From Candidatus Sulfobium sp. (GTDB lineage: Bacteria > Nitrospirota > Thermodesulfovibrionia > Thermodesulfovibrionales > UBA6898), in NCBI GenBank assembly GCA_037380845.1, contig JARRRI010000004.1, forward strand, positions 78,281 to 142,280: 64,000 bases of DNA, given 5' to 3'. Numbering within the stretch: position 1 is the first letter of the stretch; every line of letters begins with the position of its first letter. The position numbers and the translations under genes were made by a program. The notes under the pieces are model-generated. The model was given only the letters and a program-made list of their open reading frames with translations. It was not told where the DNA came from and made no database searches. Shown here piece by piece: positions 1-8,557 of the stretch.

Positions 1-1337
1 TTCAGGATATTATAACGACGGTTGGAACATATCAATGTAGTTATGTTTAAGCCCTGCCTGGCTTGGGTCCATAATGCCTGCACAGTATACATGGCGCTTC
101 CATCGGCCTCCAGGTTGATAACCGGCCTGTCCGGACACGCCACGGCCGCGCCTGTTGAACATGGCATGCCGTGCCCTATGGCGCCGCCGGCGATAGTCAT
201 CATCGTATGCGGCAGTAAGCCACAGCTTAAAGAGTAATAGGGAAAGGCAGATGACACTCCCTCATCTACGATGATCGCCCCTTCAGGCTGCACCGCCGCA
301 AGCGTCTGACACGCCTTTTCGGCTGTAAGCTCTCCCCTGGCTAAAGAGGGATAGTTCCGTGCCGCCGTTGTTTCCGGTGTAATATTCCTGGAGCAGCCCA
401 GGGCGTCGGCCAGACATTCCAGGGCCTCAATGGTGTTCTGTTTACCGGAATCTATAAGAACCCGGGGCTGATCCTCGGAAAGCAATCTGCCTCTGATGCC
501 CTTGTAGCCGAAAAATCCTACCGGCTCCCTGGTACCGCATATCACCACGGCTTCATAGCCGGAAAGGAGCTCTATTGCCGGTTCCGGGAAATAGGGGATA
601 CGGGTTATTTCAGGCAAACCCACGCCTCTTTCCATATAGCCCGGCAGGTAATCAGTGAGAAGGTCGCATCCCTTAAGCGCCCTGATACGCGCCGCAGCCT
701 CAAGACCCCGCTTGCGCAAAGCCCTCCCCCCTATAATTAGTGCCACCTTACGGTTTTTCGTCATGATCTGAACCGCTTTTTCGATGCTGCCGGTCTCGAT
801 CCGTTCGAATTCAAAACCGGGAATGGCGACCTTATCGTCTGCAATTTCTGCCTGTTGATAGTCGTTGGGTATTATCAGGGTGGATATTTGTCCATAGAGG
901 GAGGCTTCAAAGGCGTCAGCCAGATCCCGTGATAACTCCCGGGAAGACCGGCTCGTCTTGTACCATCCCGATATCGTACCGGCAAGGGCCTCGATGTTCA
1001 TTGCAAGAGGGGCATCCAGAGGGATATGCTCCATAGTATGTTCGCCGACCAGATTCAATAATGGAGTTTTTGCCCTTTTGGCGTTGTGCAGGTAGGCAAC
1101 TCCGTTGGCAAGGCCGGGACCCAAATGAAGCAGGGTCATGGCCGGTTTATCCATCATCCTGCCGTAGCCATCTGCCGCCCCGGTACAGACACCTTCAAAC
1201 AGCCCCAATACAGGTTTAACACCCGGTTCCGTATCAAAGGCCAAAGCCAACGGCGTCTCCGTAGTCCCGAAGTTACTGAAGCATACTTCAATACCAGCCT
1301 TCCTGGCCGTTCTCATTATCATCTCTGCACCGTTCAT
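1..1337 (-). CDS. Thiamine pyrophosphate-dependent enzyme, acetolactate synthase large-subunit-like; 3' end runs off the window
   Basis: Manual translation from ATG at 1337 (GGAGG upstream): MNGAEMIMRTARKAGIEVCFSNFGTTETP...LGLFEGVCTGAADGYGRM...LHLGPGLANG, typical TPP-enzyme N-terminal domain. Not in the ORF track because there is no stop in the window. Confidence 0.85.
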   Translation of the reverse strand, partial: MNGAEMIMRTARKAGIEVCFSNFGTTETPLALAFDTEPGVKPVLGLFEGVCTGAADGYGRMMDKPAMTLLHLGPGLANGVAYLHNAKRAKTPLLNLVGEHTMEHIPLDAPLAMNIEALAGTISGWYKTSRSSRELSRDLADAFEASLYGQISTLIIPNDYQQAEIADDKVAIPGFEFERIETGSIEKAVQIMTKNRKVALIIGGRALRKRGLEAAARIRALKGCDLLTDYLPGYMERGVGLPEITRIPYFPEPAIELLSGYEAVVICGTREPVGFFGYKGIRGRLLSEDQPRVLIDSGKQNTIEALECLADALGCSRNITPETTAARNYPSLARGELTAEKACQTLAAVQPEGAIIVDEGVSSAFPYYSLSCGLLPHTMMTIAGGAIGHGMPCSTGAAVACPDRPVINLEADGSAMYTVQALWTQARQGLNITTLICSNRRYNIL

Positions 1338-1734
1338 GGACAACCTCCGCTTTTCTCCGGATCATTACACCTATCTGACTGCCGGGATCTCCTTAGTCCG
1401 GATTCTCTGCTTTGTAACCAAAGAAGACAATATGGGCGTGCATCGTCGCACCTCCTTTTTTTACCTGATGAAAGCTGTCGGTCCCCTCGTGATGGATTTC
1501 ATCTTCCCCGATGGTCCTTTTTTGAACTGACTTGTCCGGAAACGGACTATCTTACTCAAAATGTAACGCGAAGGATGGAGACTGTCAAATCAGCTGTTCA
1601 CAGGACGTTCCGGACACATCTTTTGGGACACATCCCATTTTTCCTGACCTTTCAGAAAAAGACAGTCTTTAAAAATCCTCACCTGTTTTTGTATCCTAAT
1701 TAAGGATTTTATAAAGGAAGAGGCACAGATCCGT

Positions 1735-1768
1735 CTCCTCCCTTTGAGAGAAGGGGAGGAGGCGTTGC
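1735..1768. repeat. Degenerate copy of REP-like hairpin family A
   Basis: ctcctccctttgagagaaggggaggaggcgtt resembles the copies at 3085 and 6975. Confidence 0.4.
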
Positions 1769-1795
1769 CACGACAAGCGCTTAAGAGGAGGTTTC

Positions 1796-3052
1796 ATGGA
1801 CATTGCTGCATACGTTCGTTCGAAGGCCGGGGAGGCGAAAAACGGGGCCCGTTCCCTCGCCAGGCTTTCTTCGACTCAGAAAAATAGCGCCCTGACGAGG
1901 ATGGCCGGGGCGATAAGGAGGCGCGGGAAGGAGCTTCAGAAGGAAAACAGGAAGGACCTTGAGTATGCCCGCAAAAAAGGTCTTTCGAAGGCGATGATAG
2001 ACAGGCTGACTCTCACCACAAAGAGGATAGAGGAGATGGCCCGGGGGCTCGAGGAGGTTGCCGCATTGCCGGATCCGGTCGGCGAGATCATCGGGATGAG
2101 GCAGCGTCCCAACGGGATGACCCTCGGAAAGATGCGCGTTCCTATAGGGGTGATCGGCATCATATACGAATCGCGGCCTAACGTCACCGCAGATACCACG
2201 AGTCTCTGCCTGAAGTCCGGCAACGCGGTAGTGCTTCGGGGAGGCTCCGAGGCCATCAACTCCAACAGGGCGATTGTGAAGATCCTGAGGGACGCCGTAA
2301 AGGCGGAAGGCATCCACGAAGGCGCCGTTACCTTTATTGATATCCCCGACAGGGAGGCGGTCATGGAGCTCCTGAAGCTGGAGGGTATAGTGGACCTCAT
2401 CATCCCCCGGGGCGGAGAAGGGCTGATACGGGCGGTGACCGAAAATTCGCGCATACCCGTCCTGAAACACTATAAAGGGGTCTGCCATGTCTTTGTAGAC
2501 AGCGATGCAGATCTGTCGATGGCGGAAGACATATGCTTTAACGCGAAGGTGCAGAGGCCGGGGACCTGTAACGCGATGGAAACCATGCTGGTGGACAAAA
2601 AGGTCGCAAAACGTTTCCTCCCCGGGATGGCAAAGAGGTTCCGGCAGGCAGGCGTAGTCATCAAGGGATGTCCGGAAACGAGGAAGGTCGTCCCTTCTGT
2701 CGACAGGGTCAAGGAGGAGGATTATTATCGCGAATACCTGGACCTGGTCCTTAACGTCAGGGTAGTGAAGGACATCGATATCGCTATGGAGCATATCGCC
2801 CGATACGGTTCGTCCCACTCCGACACGATCGTCACCAGGGATTATGCAAAGGGGATGAGGTTTTTGAGGGAGGTAGATTCTTCGGCAGTTTTCATCAATG
2901 CCTCCACCCGGCTCAATGACGGCTACCAGTTCGGTTTGGGGGCCGAGATCGGGATCTCCACGGACAAGATACACGCCAGGGGCCCGATGGGTCTTGAGGA
3001 ACTTACCTGTACAAAGTTCATCGTCCTTGGCAACGGACAACTGCGTGAGTAG
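1796..3052 (+). CDS. proA: Glutamate-5-semialdehyde dehydrogenase
   Basis: VPIGVIGIIYESRPNVT, CNAMET, NASTRLNDG, GAEIGIST..HARGPMGL motifs; SD GAGGAGG. Confidence 0.97.
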   Translation: MDIAAYVRSKAGEAKNGARSLARLSSTQKNSALTRMAGAIRRRGKELQKENRKDLEYARKKGLSKAMIDRLTLTTKRIEEMARGLEEVAALPDPVGEIIGMRQRPNGMTLGKMRVPIGVIGIIYESRPNVTADTTSLCLKSGNAVVLRGGSEAINSNRAIVKILRDAVKAEGIHEGAVTFIDIPDREAVMELLKLEGIVDLIIPRGGEGLIRAVTENSRIPVLKHYKGVCHVFVDSDADLSMAEDICFNAKVQRPGTCNAMETMLVDKKVAKRFLPGMAKRFRQAGVVIKGCPETRKVVPSVDRVKEEDYYREYLDLVLNVRVVKDIDIAMEHIARYGSSHSDTIVTRDYAKGMRFLREVDSSAVFINASTRLNDGYQFGLGAEIGISTDKIHARGPMGLEELTCTKFIVLGNGQLRE

Positions 3053-3084
3053 CTTTGTCAGGGGTAGAAATACCGTCTCTCTTC

Positions 3085-3146
3085 GGGTGACGCCCCCGCC
3101 TCCGGCATCCCCTCTTAAGACGAGAGGGGGGGAGTTATGATCCCCG
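3085..3146. repeat. REP-like palindromic repeat, family A
   Basis: gggtgacgcccccgcctccggcatcccctcttaagacgagaggggg..ggagttatga, near-identical to 6975-7041. Confidence 0.8.
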
Positions 3147-3192
3147 GCTTCCTGACAGCGCCGCGTCCGGGCGCTTTCCACATGAAGGTGAA

Positions 3193-3861
3193 ATGAAGAT
3201 CGGCATATTAGGGGGGACCTTCAACCCTGTTCACTTCGGACATCTCAGGGCCGCCGAGGAGGTGCGGGAAGTCCTGGGCCTTGAAAGGGTCCTCTTTATC
3301 CCTTCAGGCAACCCACCCCTCAAGACGGAGGGGCTCGCGGATGCTTCACACCGGTACGGGATGGTGAAGCTGGCTGCGGCCGGCAACCGGTTTTTCGATG
3401 TCCTCGATATCGAGTGCGCCAGGCCGGGGAAGTCCTATACCGTCGATACTGTGAAGACGCTGAAAGAGCAATATAGCGGCGCGGACCTGAATTTCATCCT
3501 GGGCATTGATGCATTTCTGGACCTGCCCAACTGGTATGAACCCGAAGAGCTGGTTTCCCTGGTCGATTTTGTCGTCCTGTCGAGGCCGGGGGCACTTTTT
3601 GCCGACCTGCTCTCTTCGCCCTATCTGTCCGCGGGGAGGGAATGCCTGGCGGACCTTGATAACGGCGAGGTCGTGTCATGCACCCTGAAATTGCGCTCTT
3701 CAAGGGACATCATATTGACCCGGGTAACGCCCATGGCGATATCTTCGACGGACATCAGAATGCGTGTCAAAAAGAGATTGACCGTAAAATACCTGTTGCC
3801 AGAGAATGTCGAATCCTTTATAATTTCTAACAGGCTGTATTCGGCCAAAGAAGACGCTTGA
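3193..3861 (+). CDS. nadD: Nicotinate-nucleotide adenylyltransferase
   Basis: GILGGTFNPVHFGH, SYTVDT, ISSTDIR motifs. Confidence 0.96.
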   Translation: MKIGILGGTFNPVHFGHLRAAEEVREVLGLERVLFIPSGNPPLKTEGLADASHRYGMVKLAAAGNRFFDVLDIECARPGKSYTVDTVKTLKEQYSGADLNFILGIDAFLDLPNWYEPEELVSLVDFVVLSRPGALFADLLSSPYLSAGRECLADLDNGEVVSCTLKLRSSRDIILTRVTPMAISSTDIRMRVKKRLTVKYLLPENVESFIISNRLYSAKEDA

Positions 3862-3883
3862 AATCAGGACCGAAAGAGAGGAT

Positions 3884-4279
3884 ATTTCCTTAGAAAGTAA
3901 AGAAATCGCGCTTGAAGCGGCAAGACAGGCGCTCAGAAAAAAGGCTGCAGATCTCATCATACTCGAACTGACCGGGCTCACGGTAATTGCCGATTACTTT
4001 GTGATCTGCTCGGGAGAAAGTGTCACGCAGGTAAAGGCTATAGCCGAATCCATAGAAGAGGAATTTGCACGGAAGGGGATAAGGCCCCTCGGGATAGAAG
4101 GGCTGGATTACAGTCACTGGGTGCTCCTGGACTACGGCGACGTCATCATCCATGTTTTTGAAAAAGAGACACGGTCCTACTACGCACTCGAAAAGCTCTG
4201 GATGGACGCAAAGACCATAGAGGTACATGAAGATACACCTGATATGGGTGGGAAAGACAAAAGAGCAGTTCGCTATTGA
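3884..4279 (+). CDS. rsfS: Ribosome silencing factor; start uncertain, possibly non-canonical
   Basis: ADYFVICSG, WVLLDYGDVIIHVF..R.YY.LEKLW. Family-like sequence extends upstream of the ORF-track start at 4001 to about 3884-3893 with no ATG/GTG/TTG. Confidence 0.9.
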   Translation: MSLESKEIALEAARQALRKKAADLIILELTGLTVIADYFVICSGESVTQVKAIAESIEEEFARKGIRPLGIEGLDYSHWVLLDYGDVIIHVFEKETRSYYALEKLWMDAKTIEVHEDTPDMGGKDKRAVRY

Positions 4280-4667
4280 GGGAGTTCGGAAGTATCTCGG
4301 GCGGTTGAAGTCTTATGCTGACGTGAGAGTGACGGAGATCAGGGAAGAAAAGGTAAAGGACTCGCACAGGATGCTGGAACGGGAAGGAGAGAGGATCCTC
4401 AAACTCCGGACGCCTTACGTACTCCTTGACGAAAAGGGAAAGATGCTTACATCCACACGTTTTGCTGAATTTGTCTTTTCACACGGGCCGGAAATCAGTT
4501 TTGTGGTCGGGGGCGCATACGGGGTTTCTGAACAGGTGAAAAAGGCGGCGCGGGAAACTGTCGCGTTGTCGAAGATGACATTCACTCATGATATGGCGCG
4601 TATTTTTCTTTTGGAACAGATATACAGGTCTTTTACGATTGTTAACAGGAGGGGTTACCATCACTGA
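4227..4667 (+). CDS. rlmH: 23S rRNA pseudouridine1915 N3-methyltransferase
   Basis: MKIHLIWVGK, FVVGGAYG, LSKMTFTHDMARIFLLEQIYRS...GYHH. Confidence 0.95.
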   Translation: MKIHLIWVGKTKEQFAIEGVRKYLGRLKSYADVRVTEIREEKVKDSHRMLEREGERILKLRTPYVLLDEKGKMLTSTRFAEFVFSHGPEISFVVGGAYGVSEQVKKAARETVALSKMTFTHDMARIFLLEQIYRSFTIVNRRGYHH

Positions 4668-6001
4668 TGGGTAAGCTTTCGGTCTTCATATTCGTGCTCT
4701 TCCTGGCGGCCTTGGCGGTATTCGCCATTCACAACAAGGAACTGACGACGGTCACCATTCCTTTTGATGCCGTCTATGAGCTCCCCAAGATTGCCCTGAT
4801 CCTCCTTTCCAGCGCAGGGGGGGCGCTTGCCATGCTGCTGATATTCGCATTCCGCGACACCAAGAAATTCATCGACAATATACAGTTCCAGAAGAAGCAG
4901 AAGCGTGACATCAAGTTCCAGGAACTTTATTCAAAGGCGCTCAACTCGATCCTGGCCCATAAGGAAGACACGGCCAGGGAAGCCCTTGGAGAAATACTCG
5001 CCGAAGAGCCCGACCACATCGATTCCCTGCTCCGGCTGGGGGACATCTATGCCTCCGAGGAAGACTACCAGAAGGCGAACACCTATTACCAGAAGGCGAG
5101 AGCGGTGAATCCGCGGAATATCGAGACGCTCTTCGCCATCGAGGAACTGCTCGAAAAAGGCGGCAGGTGGTCGGAAGCGCTGAAGTATGTAGAGGACATC
5201 CTGGAAATAGATGAAGACAACCTTACCGCCATGTACCGAAAGAGGGGACTGCTTGAAAAACAGTCGAAGTGGGACGACCTCGTATACCTGCAGAAGGCGA
5301 TCCTCAAGCATGAGCACAGCGAAAAGGACAGGAAACGTGAACACCAGAACCTGATAGGATACAAATACGAATACGGCCGGCACAGTCTCGAAAACAACCA
5401 GCTGGAGAAGGCAAAAAAGGCTTTCAAGACGGTCCTCCGCCTGGATAAGGACTTCACGCCTGCAACCCTGGGCATTGCGGAGGTGATGCTGAGGGAGGGG
5501 GAGAGTGAGGAAGCGGTCAACCTGCTGGAAAAGGCTTACGAGAGCACGTCTTCCGTCATCGTTCTTGCCAGACTGGAGGACCTGCTGATAAGTCTGGGAG
5601 AGCCTTCCAGGATAATCCGCATCTATAAGAGCGCCATTTCCAGGCGTCCCAACGACCCGACAGTCAGATTTTTCCTGGCCAAGCTCTTTTACAGGCTCGA
5701 AATGATCGACGATGCAATCGACACCCTGTCGGGCCTGGATATCGCCGGCCTGCCCTATCCCGAACTTCACCAGCTCATGGGCAGTCTTTACATGAGGAGA
5801 AACCAGCCTGCGAAGGCGGTCGAGGAATATCAGAAGGTCGTGGAGATCAGGAAATCGCTCATGCTGGCCTATTGCTGTAAGGAATGCGGGTTTAATGCCG
5901 AAGAGTGGTCCGGAAGATGCCCCGACTGCGGCAGCTGGAATACATACCAGTTCAACCTTGACGGTACGTGTTCGACCCTGGGCGCCGGACAGCCCGCATG
6001 A
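4667..6001 (+). CDS. LapA-like membrane domain fused to a LapB-like TPR and rubredoxin-type zinc-ribbon protein
   Basis: Two N-terminal TM segments, multiple TPRs, C-terminal CKECG...WSGRCPDCGSWNT. Confidence 0.75.
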   Translation: MGKLSVFIFVLFLAALAVFAIHNKELTTVTIPFDAVYELPKIALILLSSAGGALAMLLIFAFRDTKKFIDNIQFQKKQKRDIKFQELYSKALNSILAHKEDTAREALGEILAEEPDHIDSLLRLGDIYASEEDYQKANTYYQKARAVNPRNIETLFAIEELLEKGGRWSEALKYVEDILEIDEDNLTAMYRKRGLLEKQSKWDDLVYLQKAILKHEHSEKDRKREHQNLIGYKYEYGRHSLENNQLEKAKKAFKTVLRLDKDFTPATLGIAEVMLREGESEEAVNLLEKAYESTSSVIVLARLEDLLISLGEPSRIIRIYKSAISRRPNDPTVRFFLAKLFYRLEMIDDAIDTLSGLDIAGLPYPELHQLMGSLYMRRNQPAKAVEEYQKVVEIRKSLMLAYCCKECGFNAEEWSGRCPDCGSWNTYQFNLDGTCSTLGAGQPA

Positions 6002-6759
6002 AGGCGGTCCACTTGGGAAAACTGGTCTCCCTGCTCGACAGTGAACTCTGCCTTGATGAATTTCCGGATGACGAAAGCAGTAACGGCCTTCAGGTCGGGG
6101 GCCGCGAAACAGTCCGGAAAATCGGGGTCGCGGTGGACGCCTGCGGCAGCGTTTTCGAGAAGGCCGCCGACAGGAAGATCGATTTTCTGATCGTTCACCA
6201 CGGACTGATCTGGGGCGGAATCAAATCCATAACAGGGGTGATGAGAAGAAGGATAGGGATGCTCCTCAGTTCGGAGATGTCCCTTTACGCATGTCACCTC
6301 CCCCTTGACTGGCATCCTGAATATGGCAACAACGCCGGACTCCTGAAGACCCTTTCCGTCAGGAAAGCCGGGGAATTCGGTTCGTATCACGGAAAAAGGA
6401 TAGGATATTGGGGAAAGACCGCGAAAGAGACGTCCGTCGAGAAGTTCGTCTCGACCGTCGACAGCAGGCTGAAGACGACCTCTTCATGGATAAGCTTCGG
6501 CCGGAAGGTGAGAAGCGTGGGTGTTGTCTCGGGGGGAGGATGGTCGGCCCTGGCCGACGCCGAAAAGATTGACATCGATACGTTCCTGACGGGAGAGCCC
6601 TCGCATAGCGGATACAGCCTTGCAGAGGAGATGGGAATAAACCTCATATTCTCGGGCCATTACGCCACGGAGACGCTGGGCGTTAAGGCGGTGGGGGAGA
6701 TGCTGAAAAAGAAATTGGGCCTGCCGGTCGAATTCATCGACCATCCTACGGGGCTTTGA
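5998..6759 (+). CDS. Nif3/YbgI-like dinuclear metal centre protein
   Basis: NGLQV, VHHGLIW, HLPLDWHP..GNN, GHYATE motifs; ATGA overlap with the previous stop. Confidence 0.93.
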   Translation: MKAVHLGKLVSLLDSELCLDEFPDDESSNGLQVGGRETVRKIGVAVDACGSVFEKAADRKIDFLIVHHGLIWGGIKSITGVMRRRIGMLLSSEMSLYACHLPLDWHPEYGNNAGLLKTLSVRKAGEFGSYHGKRIGYWGKTAKETSVEKFVSTVDSRLKTTSSWISFGRKVRSVGVVSGGGWSALADAEKIDIDTFLTGEPSHSGYSLAEEMGINLIFSGHYATETLGVKAVGEMLKKKLGLPVEFIDHPTGL

Positions 6760-6784
6760 CATATTGACCTTACAGTTGCAAAAT
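6756..6784 (+). promoter_or_regulatory. Putative sigma70 promoter with no downstream + strand CDS
   Basis: TTGACA-17 nt-CAAAAT. Confidence 0.45.
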
Positions 6785-6790
6785 TTTTCA

Positions 6791-6972
6791 CACAGATACG
6801 GCAAAGACTTGAATGACGGGGCTTTTCAAGCATGCTGAGACTACCGAATCCACAGGATGTTAAGGCCAGGTTGAGCCTCTTTTCCGTCATGCGCGGGGTT
6901 CTTAGTCGGGCATCCAATCTGTCTGAAAACCTGGATACCCGATTGCTACCTAGGGATTGACGACTTTTTCTT
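6791..6972 (+). ncRNA. Candidate small structured RNA, unassigned
   Basis: Promoter upstream, two long hairpins, ends in a T tract, lies between convergent genes. Confidence 0.35.
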
Positions 6973-6974
6973 TA

Positions 6975-7041
6975 GGGTAACGCCCCTGCCTTCGGCATCC
7001 CCTCTTAAGATAAGAGGGGGAAGGAGGAGTTATGATTCCGG
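6975..7041. repeat. REP-like palindromic repeat, family A
   Basis: gggtaacgcccctgccttcggcatcccctcttaagataagaggggg..ggagttatga. Confidence 0.8.
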
Positions 7042-7053
7042 GGGGCTCGTGTG

Positions 7054-7869
7054 CTATTTCTCGACCGTGCCCCTGAAGACATCCTTTATCTTCTTAAGAA
7101 TCTCCGGATGGACATACCTGTTTCCCGCAACCACATTCCCTGTCGAAAGAAAATCGGTCCCCCCTCCAAAGTCGGTGATCATCCCTCCAGCCTCGGCTAT
7201 CAGAAGGCTTCCGGCGGCTATGTCCCAGGGACTCAGCTTCAACTCGAAGAAACCCTCGAACCTGCCGGCTGCCACGCAGGCAAGGTCGATGGCGGCCGAA
7301 CCGGCGCGCCTGATGTCGCTCACCTCTTCGAATACCCGTTTGAATGCCCTCAGATAGAGGTCGATCATCTCCTTCGCCCTGAAGGGGAAGCCGGTGGCGA
7401 TGAGGCTTTTTTCGGGTTCTGTTGTCTCAGACACCCATAATTTTCGGTTGTTGAGGAACGCCCCTTTCCCATTCACAGCGTGAAACAACTCGTCTCTCAC
7501 CGGGTCGAAGACCACGCCGATGACCAGCTCCCTTTCGTATTCGAGCGCGATTGAGACCGAAAACATCGGATATCCATGGATGTAGTTCGTCGTCCCGTCC
7601 AGCGGGTCTATGATCCACCGGAAATCTCCCGTGTCATCCTGCTTCAGCGTCTCCTCCGTGAGAAAGCGGTGCGACGGGAATTTCTCCCTTATCGTCTGCA
7701 TGATCACCGCCTCGGACCATCTGTCCACCTTTGTGACGAAGTCGAAGGCCTGCTTGTTCTGCACGTCTTCCTTAGAAAGACCGCCAAGGTTTTTGATGAT
7801 GATGTCGCCCGCAAGCCGCGCAGCGGAGACGGCGATCTTTAGAAACTTGTCAGGGAGGTTATCCGTCAT
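7054..7869 (-). CDS. suhB: Inositol monophosphatase family protein
   Basis: WIIDPLDGTTNY, RRAGSAAIDL, PWDIAAG motifs; probable ATG at 7869. Confidence 0.92.
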   Translation of the reverse strand: MTDNLPDKFLKIAVSAARLAGDIIIKNLGGLSKEDVQNKQAFDFVTKVDRWSEAVIMQTIREKFPSHRFLTEETLKQDDTGDFRWIIDPLDGTTNYIHGYPMFSVSIALEYERELVIGVVFDPVRDELFHAVNGKGAFLNNRKLWVSETTEPEKSLIATGFPFRAKEMIDLYLRAFKRVFEEVSDIRRAGSAAIDLACVAAGRFEGFFELKLSPWDIAAGSLLIAEAGGMITDFGGGTDFLSTGNVVAGNRYVHPEILKKIKDVFRGTVEK

Positions 7870-7950
7870 GATTAAAATGATATCACATCTGTGACCGGCC
7901 ATCCTGTCTGCCTGGTTGACAGTCAGAGCCCCTTTATCGGAAAATCACTC

Positions 7951-8361
7951 ATGAAGCTCCTCATGTTCTACACAAAGGAATGGTGGTACAGGACGGCGGC
8001 AAAGACGCTCGAAGAGATGCCCGACCTTGACAGGGAAGAGAAAATTGAATACGCCGCCGTCATATTCTTTCACTGTGAAGCAGAGGATGAAAATGACTTT
8101 GACGGCATCGTCAAGAAGTTTGCAAAGAACACAAAATGGCTTGCCGGCAAGTTTGATACGAAGAACGTTGTCCTCCATTCCTTCAACCATCTCTCGTCAA
8201 GCAAGGCCCCTCCTTTTATTGCGAAGAGAGTGCTCGATGAGGTGAAGTCGAGGCTGGAAAAGACAGGATACCGCGTAATGACGACCCCCTTCGGGTACTT
8301 CAACGAGTTCAGGATGCACGTCGCCGGCGACTCTCTGGCGAAGGTCTTCAAGGAGTTTTGA
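7951..8361 (+). CDS. Free-standing archaeal-type threonyl-tRNA synthetase editing domain protein (tRNA-Thr_ED-like)
   Basis: MKLLMF..., HCEAEDE, VVLHSFNHLSSSKA, TPFGYFNEFRMHVAG resemble the archaeal ThrRS N-terminal editing domain (AHLSS..A, PFGYYK.F). Confidence 0.8.
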   Translation: MKLLMFYTKEWWYRTAAKTLEEMPDLDREEKIEYAAVIFFHCEAEDENDFDGIVKKFAKNTKWLAGKFDTKNVVLHSFNHLSSSKAPPFIAKRVLDEVKSRLEKTGYRVMTTPFGYFNEFRMHVAGDSLAKVFKEF

Positions 8362-8436
8362 ACGGATCATCCCTGAACATGAAAGTTCGCTGCAGAAACT
8401 CAGATGTCTTCCGTAACCGGCGGATTCGTAGAAAAT

Positions 8437-8519
8437 CGTCATACCCGCGAAGGCGGGTATCCAAGTCAGATAGAACGCTTGAAAGAATGGATTCCCGATT
8501 GAGGACTTCGGGAATGACG
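8437..8519. repeat. Double-hairpin repeat resembling dRS3/REP (family B)
   Basis: cgtcatacccgcgaaggcgggtatcca...tggattcccgattgaggacttcgggaatgacg between convergent genes. Confidence 0.75.
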
Positions 8520-8557
8520 GCTCAAAAAAAGAGGTTCACATCCGCTGAAAGGCCTTG

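Noticed and set aside
1086..1703. 205-aa + strand ORF
   Set aside because: Overlaps the minus-strand TPP enzyme and its promoter region; no protein-like features.
1781..3181. Long antisense ORFs (466 aa here; also 11252-12502, 22857-24191, 24796-26070, 34859-36715, 53967-55196, 56463-57743)
   Set aside because: Shadows of well-supported genes on the opposite strand, expected in GC-rich DNA; no recognisable motifs.
6791..6972. Assignment as 6S RNA, SRP RNA or c-di-AMP riboswitch
   Set aside because: No end-to-end pairing or diagnostic motifs, and no downstream gene; kept only as an unassigned candidate.
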